A stretch of 64,000 nucleotides of DNA, from the NCBI GenBank assembly GCA_934454525.1, contig CAKSFM010000003.1, positions 35,278 through 99,277 of the forward strand, given 5' to 3'. Of this stretch, positions 1-8,327 are shown one piece after another. Each line of letters begins with the position of its first letter. Within the stretch, counting starts at the first letter, position 1. The DNA comes from an uncultured Clostridia bacterium (GTDB taxonomy: Bacteria; Bacillota; Clostridia; UMGS1883). The translations under genes were made by a program, and so were the position numbers. The notes beneath the pieces are model-generated. The model saw nothing but the letters and a program-made list of their open reading frames with translations. It searched no databases and was not told the DNA's origin.

Positions 1-360
1 CCGGGCATTTTCATTTCCCGTTGCTTTATAGTAAGCCACCGCATATAAGGAATACAGAAAACCGGTATCATGTGAAATCTCATCAAGATGAGAATATATG
101 TAATCAGTATATGACTGCATCTTGCTTTCCAAAAACTCTGCGTATTTTTCATCTTTACAATGCACATATAAATGTGTGACTATTCCCGTAAAGAACGAGC
201 GCACCCATTCGTACGGGGTTTCACTCAGCTTCAGCACCCTATATTTCCCGTTTTCCTCAAATGTATTTAAAACAGAATCGCTGTCTGCCGAAATCCTTTC
301 CATGAGCCTGTCAGCCTTCGGCTTTATTTTCTTTAACAGTATTTCTTCGTAATTTACCAT
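1..360 (-). CDS. GH88-like unsaturated glucuronyl hydrolase, N-terminal part (gene runs off the left edge)
   Basis: Own minus-strand translation from ATG at 358-360, preceded by GGAGGAAACGGGAC: MVNYEEILLKK...EWVRSFFTGIV...DEISHDTGFLYSLYAVAYYKATGNE. The HDxGFLYSL block resembles the GH88 UGL signature. The frame stays open to position 1, so it is absent from the supplied ORF track. Confidence 0.6.
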   Translation of the reverse strand, partial: MVNYEEILLKKIKPKADRLMERISADSDSVLNTFEENGKYRVLKLSETPYEWVRSFFTGIVTHLYVHCKDEKYAEFLESKMQSYTDYIYSHLDEISHDTGFLYSLYAVAYYKATGNENAR

Positions 361-374
361 GTCCCGTTTCCTCC

Positions 375-390
375 ATATTAACGTTAATGT
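375..390. promoter_or_regulatory. Candidate LacI-family operator (core ATTAACGTTAAT, perfect palindrome)
   Basis: The 12-bp perfect palindrome ATTAACGTTAAT at 377-388 lies just upstream of the GH88-like start codon. Its CG centre is typical of LacI/GalR operators. Confidence 0.5.
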
Positions 391-511
391 TAGGCTATTA
401 TCTTTATTTCGCGCGTTTTTTTAATAAATATTAACCTTAATCTACCCGAATCATATCATTCTTTGTGCATATTGTCAATAGTTTTTTATTAATTTGTTAT
501 TATTGCTTTAA

Positions 512-527
512 ATATTAACGTTAATAT
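512..527. promoter_or_regulatory. Candidate LacI-family operator (ATATTAACGTTAATAT, 16-bp perfect palindrome)
   Basis: Second copy of the same ATTAACGTTAAT core, extended to 16 bp, in the same intergenic region between the LacI gene and the GH88-like gene. Confidence 0.5.
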
Positions 528-577
528 GCGAGAGAATAATATGACGGCAGCCCTGATTGCGTTTTTATCGCAACAGT

Positions 578-1576
578 CTACCGTCGAGCAGAAGTGCTTT
601 CTCTTTTTACAAGCTTCACGGGGATAATTCTATTTTCCGATTCTTTTCCGTTGATTTTGTCAAGAAGGAGTTCGACCGATGCAACAGACTCTTTCTCTCC
701 CGTTTCCTCCACTGTCGTCAGCAGCGGATATGTAAGAATCCGTTGCTGCACATTGCCGAAACCAATTACCGAAACATCCTCCGGAACAGCCAAACCTCTC
801 TTTTTCAGAAGATATATTACTTGGAGCGCCATAATATCATCCGAACAAATAACTGCCGAAAACCCCGCTATGCGGTTTAGAATCTCATCAATTTCCTCAG
901 CCTGCCGCCGCGGGTCATCCGAAACATATTTTATCATAGAATCGTCTATGATTCTGTTGCCGTACATGAATGCGCTTTTTATACCATCGCACATATTTGC
1001 CATCGCATAACTGTTCTCATTCGTTCCGATAACAAGAATCTTATCGTGACCGTTCATAATCAGGTGTTCCGCCGCAAGGAAACCTCCGCGAATATAATCT
1101 ATTTCAACCGAGGAATCAGCTCCTGTTTCTCCTCCGACAAATACAAGCGGAATCTCTGCATTTCTTAAAAGCTTAAGGTTATCCTCCGAAGGCTTCTTTG
1201 AACGCACCAGTACCCCATCCGTTCTTCTGGAGAGAGCTGACAGTATGGCTTTTTTTTCATTTTCCTCTCTTCCGTTCGTTCTGAAAAGAATAATGCTGTA
1301 ACCGACAGCCTCCGCACATGCGGTAGCTTCGTCAACAAATCGCGCATTCTCCGGAGAAGCCAAATTGTCTACAAGCAGCGCAATCAGCCTGCTTTCCCCG
1401 GAGCGAAGCAAGCTTGCCGATGCATTGACAACATAGCCCATTTCTTCGGCGCATTCCTTTATTTTTTTCTTTGTTTCCGGAATCACATCATTCTTATCCT
1501 TGAGAGCGCGTGACACGGTGTTTACGGAATATCCGCTTTTAACCGCAATATCCTTAAGTGTAATTGTTGCCGTTAT
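578..1576 (-). CDS. LacI family transcriptional regulator (start codon uncertain, non-canonical)
   Basis: The ORF 578..1516 has a periplasmic-binding-fold body. The frame stays open upstream to TGA at 1589-1591 and encodes the HTH ITLKDIAVKSGYSVNTVSRALKDKN ahead of the first GTG. There is no ATG/GTG/TTG in that stretch; the SD-like GAAAGGGG lies 3-6 nt before two ATA codons. Confidence 0.8.
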   Translation of the reverse strand: MTATITLKDIAVKSGYSVNTVSRALKDKNDVIPETKKKIKECAEEMGYVVNASASLLRSGESRLIALLVDNLASPENARFVDEATACAEAVGYSIILFRTNGREENEKKAILSALSRRTDGVLVRSKKPSEDNLKLLRNAEIPLVFVGGETGADSSVEIDYIRGGFLAAEHLIMNGHDKILVIGTNENSYAMANMCDGIKSAFMYGNRIIDDSMIKYVSDDPRRQAEEIDEILNRIAGFSAVICSDDIMALQVIYLLKKRGLAVPEDVSVIGFGNVQQRILTYPLLTTVEETGEKESVASVELLLDKINGKESENRIIPVKLVKRESTSARR

Positions 1577-1684
1577 TATCCGCCCCTTTCAATAACCGAT
1601 TTTCCGCATCCGGAAATAAAGCTCCGATATTTTTATTATATTGCATAATAATGCCAATGTCAATGTTTTATCAGGAAAATATCA

Positions 1685-2419
1685 TTATGTATTTTTTCTG
1701 AATTGAACGGGAGAAATTCCGAAATATTTTTTAAACATCCTGGAGAACTGCGCAGCATCAAAAAAACCGCAATCTGCGGCAATCTCCGCGCATGTTTTGG
1801 TTGTTCTTTCAAGCATCTCGCTGCTCATATGAAGTCTTTTTAAAATCATAAATCCGTTTGGCGATACACCGTAAACTTTTTTAAAGCTGTGCCTGAAATT
1901 ATCGTATGTAAAGCCGTATGCTTCGGCGACCTGCTTCATATCAAGCGGCTGATTGCAGTTTTCACAGATAAACGAGCAGCAATCGGAAATATTCTTATCG
2001 TATTTTTTCGCTATCAATTCACGCATAATAAGAATATTCAGCTCCTCTATTTTCAATTTGATTATGGATTTGTATGCAAACAGCGGATTTTTGCTTTCTC
2101 TGTTTATCTGCTTCAGCACATGTTCAAAAACCATAGTATTCCTCGGATAATAAATGCCTGTCGGAATTTCGAAACCGGAAAACATGAATCTGACATACAC
2201 GTTTCTGCATGCGTCCTTATGAAGCTCATCATGATCTTCATTTGAATTAATAACAGCGAGCGCTCCGTCATGAATGGCATGCTTTGTGCTGTTTATATAC
2301 GAAACAGCGTTAGCCTTCATATACAGGATTACCTCCGTTTCATTATGATTATGAAGCGGAATATATTTATTTTTTTCATATGATTTTTCCTGTGCAAAGA
2401 AAAACCGCGTAGTATTCAT
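1685..2419 (-). CDS. AraC family transcriptional regulator (cupin N-domain plus HTH)
   Basis: The C-terminal AraC-type HTH reads ...AEAYGFTYDNFRHSFKKVYGVSPNGF...CGFFDAAQFSRMFKKYFGISPVQFRK. Start chosen at the internal MNTTRFFF, preceded by AAGAAAGGAACAG. Confidence 0.85.
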   Translation of the reverse strand: MNTTRFFFAQEKSYEKNKYIPLHNHNETEVILYMKANAVSYINSTKHAIHDGALAVINSNEDHDELHKDACRNVYVRFMFSGFEIPTGIYYPRNTMVFEHVLKQINRESKNPLFAYKSIIKLKIEELNILIMRELIAKKYDKNISDCCSFICENCNQPLDMKQVAEAYGFTYDNFRHSFKKVYGVSPNGFMILKRLHMSSEMLERTTKTCAEIAADCGFFDAAQFSRMFKKYFGISPVQFRKNT

Positions 2420-2538
2420 ATTGTCTGTTCCTTTCTTAAACCATATTTTTTTAACCCAAAAACAACAAATCATTCAAATTATACAATACATGCATGTCCT
2501 GCACATGTTTATAATAAAGAAAAAAGGAGTGTTCAAAA

Positions 2539-3459
2539 ATGACTGCCGAACAGTTAAAGAAAAACCTGCAAACGCCCAAAGGAAAAATTGATGTTGTACT
2601 CGATACAGACGCATATAATGAAATTGATGATCAGTATGCAATTTCATATATGCTGAAATCACCTGAGAAGCTGAACGTTAAAGCAATATATGCCGCACCG
2701 TTTTATAACGAGAACTCTGTGTCGCCTGAGGATGGCATGGAAAAAAGCTATGCCGAAATAATCAAGCTGTTAGAGCTTACGGATAATATTGCTATGAGGA
2801 AAAATGTTTATAAAGGATCAAGAAGCTATCTTAAGAGCGAACAAATCCCCTCCGAATCCGAGGCAGCAAGACATCTTTGCAATCTCGCCGATACTTACAC
2901 CCCGGAAAGACCGCTGTATATCGCAGCTATCGGAGCAATAACCAACATAGCCTCTGCTCTGCTGTATAACCCCAATATTACCGATAAAATCGTCATTGTA
3001 TGGCTTGGCGGTCATTCACGGGAATATGGAAACACCCGAGAATTCAATATGATGCAGGACATTGCTGCCGCAAGAGTTGTTTTCGCTTCGGGTGCTCCGG
3101 TTATCCAGCTTCCGTGCCGCGGCGTTGTGTCTGCGTTTTCAATTTCCAAACAGGAGCTGGAGTATTTTCTGCTCGGCAAAAATCCTCTCTGCGATTATTT
3201 GGTGAAACGCACCATTGAAGCTATGGACAGGGATACAAGCTGTGATGTTGACAGAACAAGGGTTATCTGGGACGCAGCAGTAATTGGCTGGCTTCTCAAT
3301 GATAGCGGAGATTTTATGGCAGACAGAATTACCGACATCAGATTGCCTGAATATGATAATCGCTATAGCAACAAACGCTCGGGCGGCATTATGACCTATG
3401 TATATTCAATAAATCGCGATAAACTAATGCAAAATATGATAGCAAAGCTGACAAAATAG
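2539..3459 (+). CDS. Nucleoside hydrolase (IUNH family)
   Basis: N-terminal DVVLDTDAYNEIDDQYAI matches the DxDxxxDD calcium/ribose-binding signature of inosine-uridine nucleoside hydrolases. RBS AAAGGAG lies upstream. Confidence 0.85.
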   Translation: MTAEQLKKNLQTPKGKIDVVLDTDAYNEIDDQYAISYMLKSPEKLNVKAIYAAPFYNENSVSPEDGMEKSYAEIIKLLELTDNIAMRKNVYKGSRSYLKSEQIPSESEAARHLCNLADTYTPERPLYIAAIGAITNIASALLYNPNITDKIVIVWLGGHSREYGNTREFNMMQDIAAARVVFASGAPVIQLPCRGVVSAFSISKQELEYFLLGKNPLCDYLVKRTIEAMDRDTSCDVDRTRVIWDAAVIGWLLNDSGDFMADRITDIRLPEYDNRYSNKRSGGIMTYVYSINRDKLMQNMIAKLTK

Positions 3460-3572
3460 CTCTGCGGCTTTTATTATACCGTTCTCCGTGCCCGTAAGCT
3501 TCAATCCCTATATTTAAGTTAATTTTGGTACATATTATAGCATTTGCACGCAACGGTGTCAATCAAAAAATT

Positions 3573-4397
3573 TTAATACTGCCCGTTACCTGCCGTACCT
3601 TTCTTGCCGCTCCGATAATTCTGCGGTGAAACCCCCATATGAATTTTAAAAAAAACCGAAAAGCTCAAGCTGTCACAATATCCTACCGATTCACCTATAA
3701 CAGAAATCGGCAGCGATGTGTTTTTCAGCATATCACATGCTTTTTCAATTCTGATTCTGCTGAGAACATTTTTCGGAGAATCATTAATATATTTTTTAAA
3801 AATATTATACATATACTGATTATCAACGCATATATGCCGAGCGATATCGGTCATTTTTACCGGCAGATGATAATTATTTTCCATAAAGGAAACGGCTGCC
3901 CTTATATGAGCTTCCGGAGCTGAAATATTGATGCTGTTATCATTCGGCTTCTCATGCATTGATATGAGCGAATAAAAATATGAAAGCGCCTTTGCAGATG
4001 ACATATTTTCGGATTTCTCACACTCTATTTTTTCTATAAGGCGCCGCAGATCATGTGTAAATTCAATTCTGAACACATGATTTTTCATGAAAAGCCCTGT
4101 TTCCGATAAACAGTTTTTAATTTCGTCAGCGTCACCGTTAAATATTATCCAAAAATACTGCCACGGATTTTTTACGTCAGAATAATACTCATGCAGTTCT
4201 CCGTTGTTGATGAAAAATCCCTCTCCTGCCGACACTTTCTGCCCGTTAAAATAACCGCTGCCGCTTATTACATAATGAAGAATATATCCGCTGCGCACCC
4301 CCGGGCCCCAATGCGCCGATGACGAGTCGCATTCAATACCGAGCGCCCTCACATAAACCGCAGTTGTTTTTTTATTGTCAACGCCAAAATACAACAT
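3573..4397 (-). CDS. AraC family transcriptional regulator
   Basis: Cupin-like N-terminal half and a C-terminal AraC HTH (MTDIARHICVDNQYMYNIFKKY...GYCDSLSFSVFFKIHMGVSPQNYR). Confidence 0.85.
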   Translation of the reverse strand: MLYFGVDNKKTTAVYVRALGIECDSSSAHWGPGVRSGYILHYVISGSGYFNGQKVSAGEGFFINNGELHEYYSDVKNPWQYFWIIFNGDADEIKNCLSETGLFMKNHVFRIEFTHDLRRLIEKIECEKSENMSSAKALSYFYSLISMHEKPNDNSINISAPEAHIRAAVSFMENNYHLPVKMTDIARHICVDNQYMYNIFKKYINDSPKNVLSRIRIEKACDMLKNTSLPISVIGESVGYCDSLSFSVFFKIHMGVSPQNYRSGKKGTAGNGQY

Positions 4398-4515
4398 ATT
4401 CTAAACCGTCCTTCTCAGCAACTAATAGTATGATTTTAACATATTAAAGTATCTTTTTTCAATAGATATAATAAGTTTTTATGATATAATTAAAAAAAAA
4501 ACGGAGGAATTGACA

Positions 4516-5934
4516 ATGTTCACAAAGCTTGCAAAACCCAACAAATTCAATGAAGGCGCACCGAAAATTAATGCCGCACCGATATTCGGCGCGTCACCCT
4601 GTAAGGAAATTCTCTATAAAATTCCGGTCACCGGAGAGCGTCCGATGATTTTTACAGCGGATTTACCGCAAGGGCTGACAATATCCGAAAACGGAATTAT
4701 AACAGGAAAAACTGATGCCGGGCGGTACGAGGTTGCCGTCTGCGCAGAAAACAGACTTGGTAAATGTCAAAAACATATTCTTTTTGTAATTGAAGACGGG
4801 GCCGTATGTCAAACTCCTCTTATGGGCTGGACAAGCTGGAATGCCTTTCGTGATAAAATAAATCACGATGTAATTTTAAGCGCCGCAAAAGCGCTTGTTG
4901 ACACCGGGCTTTCGGAATACGGTTACAGATTTGTTAATATTGATTCGGACTGGCAGGGGGTATACGGCGGAAAGTATAACGCAATTATGCCTAACGAAAA
5001 ATTCCCGGATATGCAGAAGCTCTGCAGCGATATTCACGCATTGGGATTAAAATGCGGAATATACTCAACACCAATGCTTAAAGCATGGGGCTGCGGCACA
5101 AGTCTTCCGGGCTGCACACGGGGCGATATGGATATGGAATATCGCACATCGTATTTCGGCATAGGAACCGAGCATTTCGAACAAAACAATGTTGACCAAT
5201 GGACGGAATGGGGTTTTGATTATTTAAAATATGATTGGCGCCCGTGCGATATAAAGAATGCAGATTTAATGAAGCAATGTTTGAAAAAAAGCAGCCGTGA
5301 TTTTGCATTTTGCGTAACGGTTGATGCCGGGTACGATAATCGTGATTATTGGAAGGAAAACTGCACATCATGGCGTGAAAATCATGATTCGGACGATGTT
5401 TGGGAAATTCTCTGTGAAGTATGCTTCGGAGCAGACCGCTGGCTGGAGCATGCCTCCCTCGGGCATTACTTCGATTTGGATATGCTTGAAACCGGCGTTT
5501 GCAACAGCAATAAGTGCCGCTTGACAGAAGACGAGCAGCTTGTCGGGTATACCGCGCGCGTGATCTTCCCCTCTCCCATTCAGATAAGCTGCGATTTGAA
5601 TAAATTATCAGAGTTCGATATCGCTATGCTGTGCAACGAAGAGGTAATTGCCGTTAATCAGGACGCGCTCGGACTCGGAGCGATACCAACATTTGAAAAG
5701 AAAACGGTTGATGAACACAGAAATTTACAGACCTATGTGAAAATATACGAAAAAAAGCTTGCCGATGGAAAAAAAGCCGTTGCAATATTTAATCTCGGTA
5801 ACACTGCAGAAGAAATAACCATCGAAGCGGAAGCACGGGTGCGCGATTTGTGGGCGAAAGAAACATTGTCTTCCGATGACGGTAAAATCACAATATCGAT
5901 GCATCCGCATACTGTGCGCCTGCTCAAGTTATAG
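4516..5934 (+). CDS. GH27-like alpha-galactosidase with N-terminal Ig-like (He_PIG-type) domain
   Basis: TPLMGWTSWNAF and FDYLKYDW blocks are typical of the GH27 catalytic barrel. LPQGLTISENGIITGKT is an Ig-like repeat motif. Start taken at the ATG 8 nt after GGAGG. Confidence 0.7.
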   Translation: MFTKLAKPNKFNEGAPKINAAPIFGASPCKEILYKIPVTGERPMIFTADLPQGLTISENGIITGKTDAGRYEVAVCAENRLGKCQKHILFVIEDGAVCQTPLMGWTSWNAFRDKINHDVILSAAKALVDTGLSEYGYRFVNIDSDWQGVYGGKYNAIMPNEKFPDMQKLCSDIHALGLKCGIYSTPMLKAWGCGTSLPGCTRGDMDMEYRTSYFGIGTEHFEQNNVDQWTEWGFDYLKYDWRPCDIKNADLMKQCLKKSSRDFAFCVTVDAGYDNRDYWKENCTSWRENHDSDDVWEILCEVCFGADRWLEHASLGHYFDLDMLETGVCNSNKCRLTEDEQLVGYTARVIFPSPIQISCDLNKLSEFDIAMLCNEEVIAVNQDALGLGAIPTFEKKTVDEHRNLQTYVKIYEKKLADGKKAVAIFNLGNTAEEITIEAEARVRDLWAKETLSSDDGKITISMHPHTVRLLKL

Positions 5935-6049
5935 ATTCTTTTAATTTTAATACGGGCATTAAACTCTGATTTTGTATAATCAATATTTTTTGTAAAAGGT
6001 TGCTCTTGCACTGTTGCACCATCTGCTGCAATCGTGTAAGAACAACCTT

Positions 6050-6792
6050 TTAAAAATTCCAGTGAACTTCAATCGGAACATTCCTTGTGCCCTGAATACG
6101 CCTGCCGACCGAAATATACTCAATAAGCGTTTCAACGATTTCACGATTAAGATGCTCCAAATTTGTATATTTCTCAATAAGCTCGCGGCGGTTGTCACCG
6201 ATTTCAATTTTTGCGTCAATTTCGGATAACTGTTTTTCTCCGTCTGCGACAACATGCTCTAATCTGCCTTTCTCGGTTGAAAAGTCTCTTGATAAATCAA
6301 CAAAATCTTTTTCGGAAATTAAGCCTTTTTCCTTGTCTATATAAATATCGCGAATACACTTTGCGTATTCTGCTATTTTTTATTGCAGGCGGCAATTTCC
6401 GAAATCAGCCTTTTTTTCCTATCTTGCAGATTATTGCAAAATTCTATATTTTGTTCTAATTCATCTTTGTCAAGATATTCGGCTGACAAACGGTTAATTT
6501 CATCAATAACCATTCTTTCCAATCTATCCACCGAGATAAATGCCCTGATACAAGCATCTTTTGCAACGTGCTTATTTGCACATTGCAAAAAGTGTTGCCC
6601 ATGACTTTTTGATGAGCGCATAATATAGCCGAAACCGGTACAACGAGCCTTTTTGGCGAAAAGTCCGATGTTACCGGAAATAAAAGGCTTTGTACGGTCG
6701 GCAACCATTTTTTGTACTCTGTCCCATAGCGCACGGTCAATGATAGGTTCGTGCGTTCCCTCCACAATATGCAATTTGCTTTTGGGGCGCGG
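6050..6792 (-). pseudogene. Large serine recombinase, N-terminal catalytic domain deleted and frameshifted
   Basis: Frame 1 (6373..6792) reads PRPKSKLHIVEGTHEPIIDRALWDRVQ...CTGFGYIMRSS...FLQCANKH, the recombinase and zinc-ribbon region. Frame 2 (6050..6379) reads AEYAKCIRDIYIDKEKGLISEKDF...LIEYISVGRRIQGTRNVPIEVHWNF*, a typical coiled-coil tail. The frames meet at a T6 run (A6 on the coding strand) at 6376-6381. No resolvase-type S-containing N-domain is present. Confidence 0.8.
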
Positions 6793-6801
6793 TTATAAAC
6801 A

Positions 6802-7092
6802 ATGTCCGCTGGGGGCACACCCGAAACCTACCGCTATTGTTTTGACGGCATTCCCGAAAACAGTATTGTTGCAATCGGCACCTGTGGATGCAGTCCAAGA
6901 AAGCTTATTGACCGCAAAAGATTTGAGAACGGTCTTTATGAAATGGTAAAGAGGCTCTCGCCTCATACCATAATCGTTTACGGCTCCGCCAATTACGAAT
7001 GTTTTAAAAAATTAAAAGAGCAAGGCATTAAAATCATTGATTTTCCTTCTCAAACTGCGAAAGCATTTGAAAGGAGGAAAGCCGATGAGTAA
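6802..7092 (+). pseudogene. DUF4417-like protein, C-terminal fragment only
   Basis: The 96-aa ORF (GGTPETYRYCFDGIPENSIVAIGTCGC...IIVYGSANYECFKKL) resembles, from memory, the C-terminal third of ~230-250 aa DUF4417 proteins. It is preceded directly by a stop and by the recombinase truncation point. Confidence 0.45.
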
Positions 7093-7534
7093 GGGTGACA
7101 GCGGATATTTTAAAGGAGCAAGCGGTACAAGATCGCAGCTCATTAAAGAGCTAAAAAATAATAAAATAAAGTTTTCCGAAAAAGATATACAATTTATCAC
7201 TAAAGATAAAACCGGGCAGACTGTATGGTTAGAAAGCGGTAATTCCAGTTCTGGATTAGAGCATATTATTTCACGCCACGAAAATGATTTTCAATCCAAG
7301 CATGGAATATCAAAATCCGAATTACCGAATCATCTGCAGCAAGTATTTAACAACGGCAAAGTGGAGTATAGTCGCGTTACCCAGCGTGTCGGTCGATCCG
7401 GATATGAAAAATTATATAGTTACAACGGTAATTATTACTTACTATCCGGCATTGGTTCTAACGGATATATAGTTTCGGCTTATCCTTTAAACGTAACAGA
7501 AGCAATAAAACTAATCAGGAGGTATGGAAAATGA
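7085..7534 (+). CDS. Polymorphic-toxin-type C-terminal domain protein lacking a delivery domain (orphan toxin candidate)
   Basis: 149 aa starting from the ATG after GGAGGAAAGCCG. It contains FSEKDIQFITKDKTGQTVWLESGNSSSGLEHIISRH, a pattern I recall from C-terminal toxin modules of Firmicutes LXG/Rhs-type proteins. The frame is open for only 16 codons upstream. The start overlaps the preceding ORF stop, and the stop overlaps the next ORF start (ATGA). Confidence 0.5.
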   Translation: MSKGDSGYFKGASGTRSQLIKELKNNKIKFSEKDIQFITKDKTGQTVWLESGNSSSGLEHIISRHENDFQSKHGISKSELPNHLQQVFNNGKVEYSRVTQRVGRSGYEKLYSYNGNYYLLSGIGSNGYIVSAYPLNVTEAIKLIRRYGK

Positions 7535-7869
7535 ATGATACAACTGAAACAATAAAAATAATGTTAGATTTTCTACAAGGTCCTATATGGCTCAGTGATG
7601 TAGATACAGGTGAACCAAATACAGGAATTGCTATTATTGATTCCGATAAAACGATAAAAGAATTGAATTATAAATGTGCTAAACTGTTTAACAGCTATTA
7701 CGAATTCGATTCTCACAATCAACCCTGTTGGTTTAATTACGAAAAAGAAAAAGCCGACAAAGAAATTATGCTTGATTTAATATCAAAACTTGTTGCCCGT
7801 CTTAACGAACTCAACGACGGCTCATATATTGTTGAGGATTTGGAAATACCTCGTTTGAAACAGCTATAA
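7531..7869 (+). CDS. Candidate cognate immunity protein (small acidic cytoplasmic protein)
   Basis: 112 aa with no signal peptide or TM segment. It is translationally coupled to the toxin-like ORF by a 4-nt ATGA overlap, with RBS AGGAGG 6 nt upstream. Confidence 0.45.
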   Translation: MNDTTETIKIMLDFLQGPIWLSDVDTGEPNTGIAIIDSDKTIKELNYKCAKLFNSYYEFDSHNQPCWFNYEKEKADKEIMLDLISKLVARLNELNDGSYIVEDLEIPRLKQL

Positions 7870-7881
7870 TCAATAACGAAA

Positions 7882-8253
7882 AATATCTATGCGAATTTTA
7901 ATTTAACATGCGTTGATGACACGCACATTTACGTAGGCGATTATACGATGTTCGGCCCGAATGTTACTATTGCTACCGCCGGACATCCGATTTTGCCGGA
8001 GCTTCGCGATAAAGCATATCAATATAACGCACCCGTTCATATTGGAAAAAACTGCCGGATAGGCGCAGGCGCTATCATACTTCCCGGCATTACAATCGGC
8101 GACAATGTTGTTGTCGGTGCAGGAAGTGTTGTTACAAAAGATCTGCCGTCCTGCGTTGTGGCTGTCGGCAATCCGTGCAGAATATTGCGGCAGGTAAACG
8201 AGCATGACAGGGAATATTATTTTAAGAACAGAAAAATACCTCAGGATTTATAA
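7882..8253 (+). pseudogene. Maltose/galactoside O-acetyltransferase-like hexapeptide transferase, 5'-truncated
   Basis: The in-frame reading NIYANFNLTCVDDTHIYVGDYTMFGPNVTIATAGHPILPELR...VGNPCRILR matches the C-terminal ~120 aa of Maa/LacA-type left-handed beta-helix enzymes. About 70-80 N-terminal residues are missing. The frame opens directly after the immunity-gene stop codon. Confidence 0.7.
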
Positions 8254-8327
8254 AATTATACACTCAGAACGGGAATCCGGCAAGTAAGAGCCGTCTTATA
8301 ATCCTTTCTGTTTCAAGTGTTTAAAAA

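Larger units (their letters stand above)
5935..7881. mobile_element. Decayed integrative-element remnant (recombinase fragment, DUF4417 fragment, toxin/immunity-like pair)
   Basis: A mosaic of truncated genes lies between the intact GH27-like gene and a 5'-truncated acetyltransferase gene. See the individual features. Confidence 0.55.
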
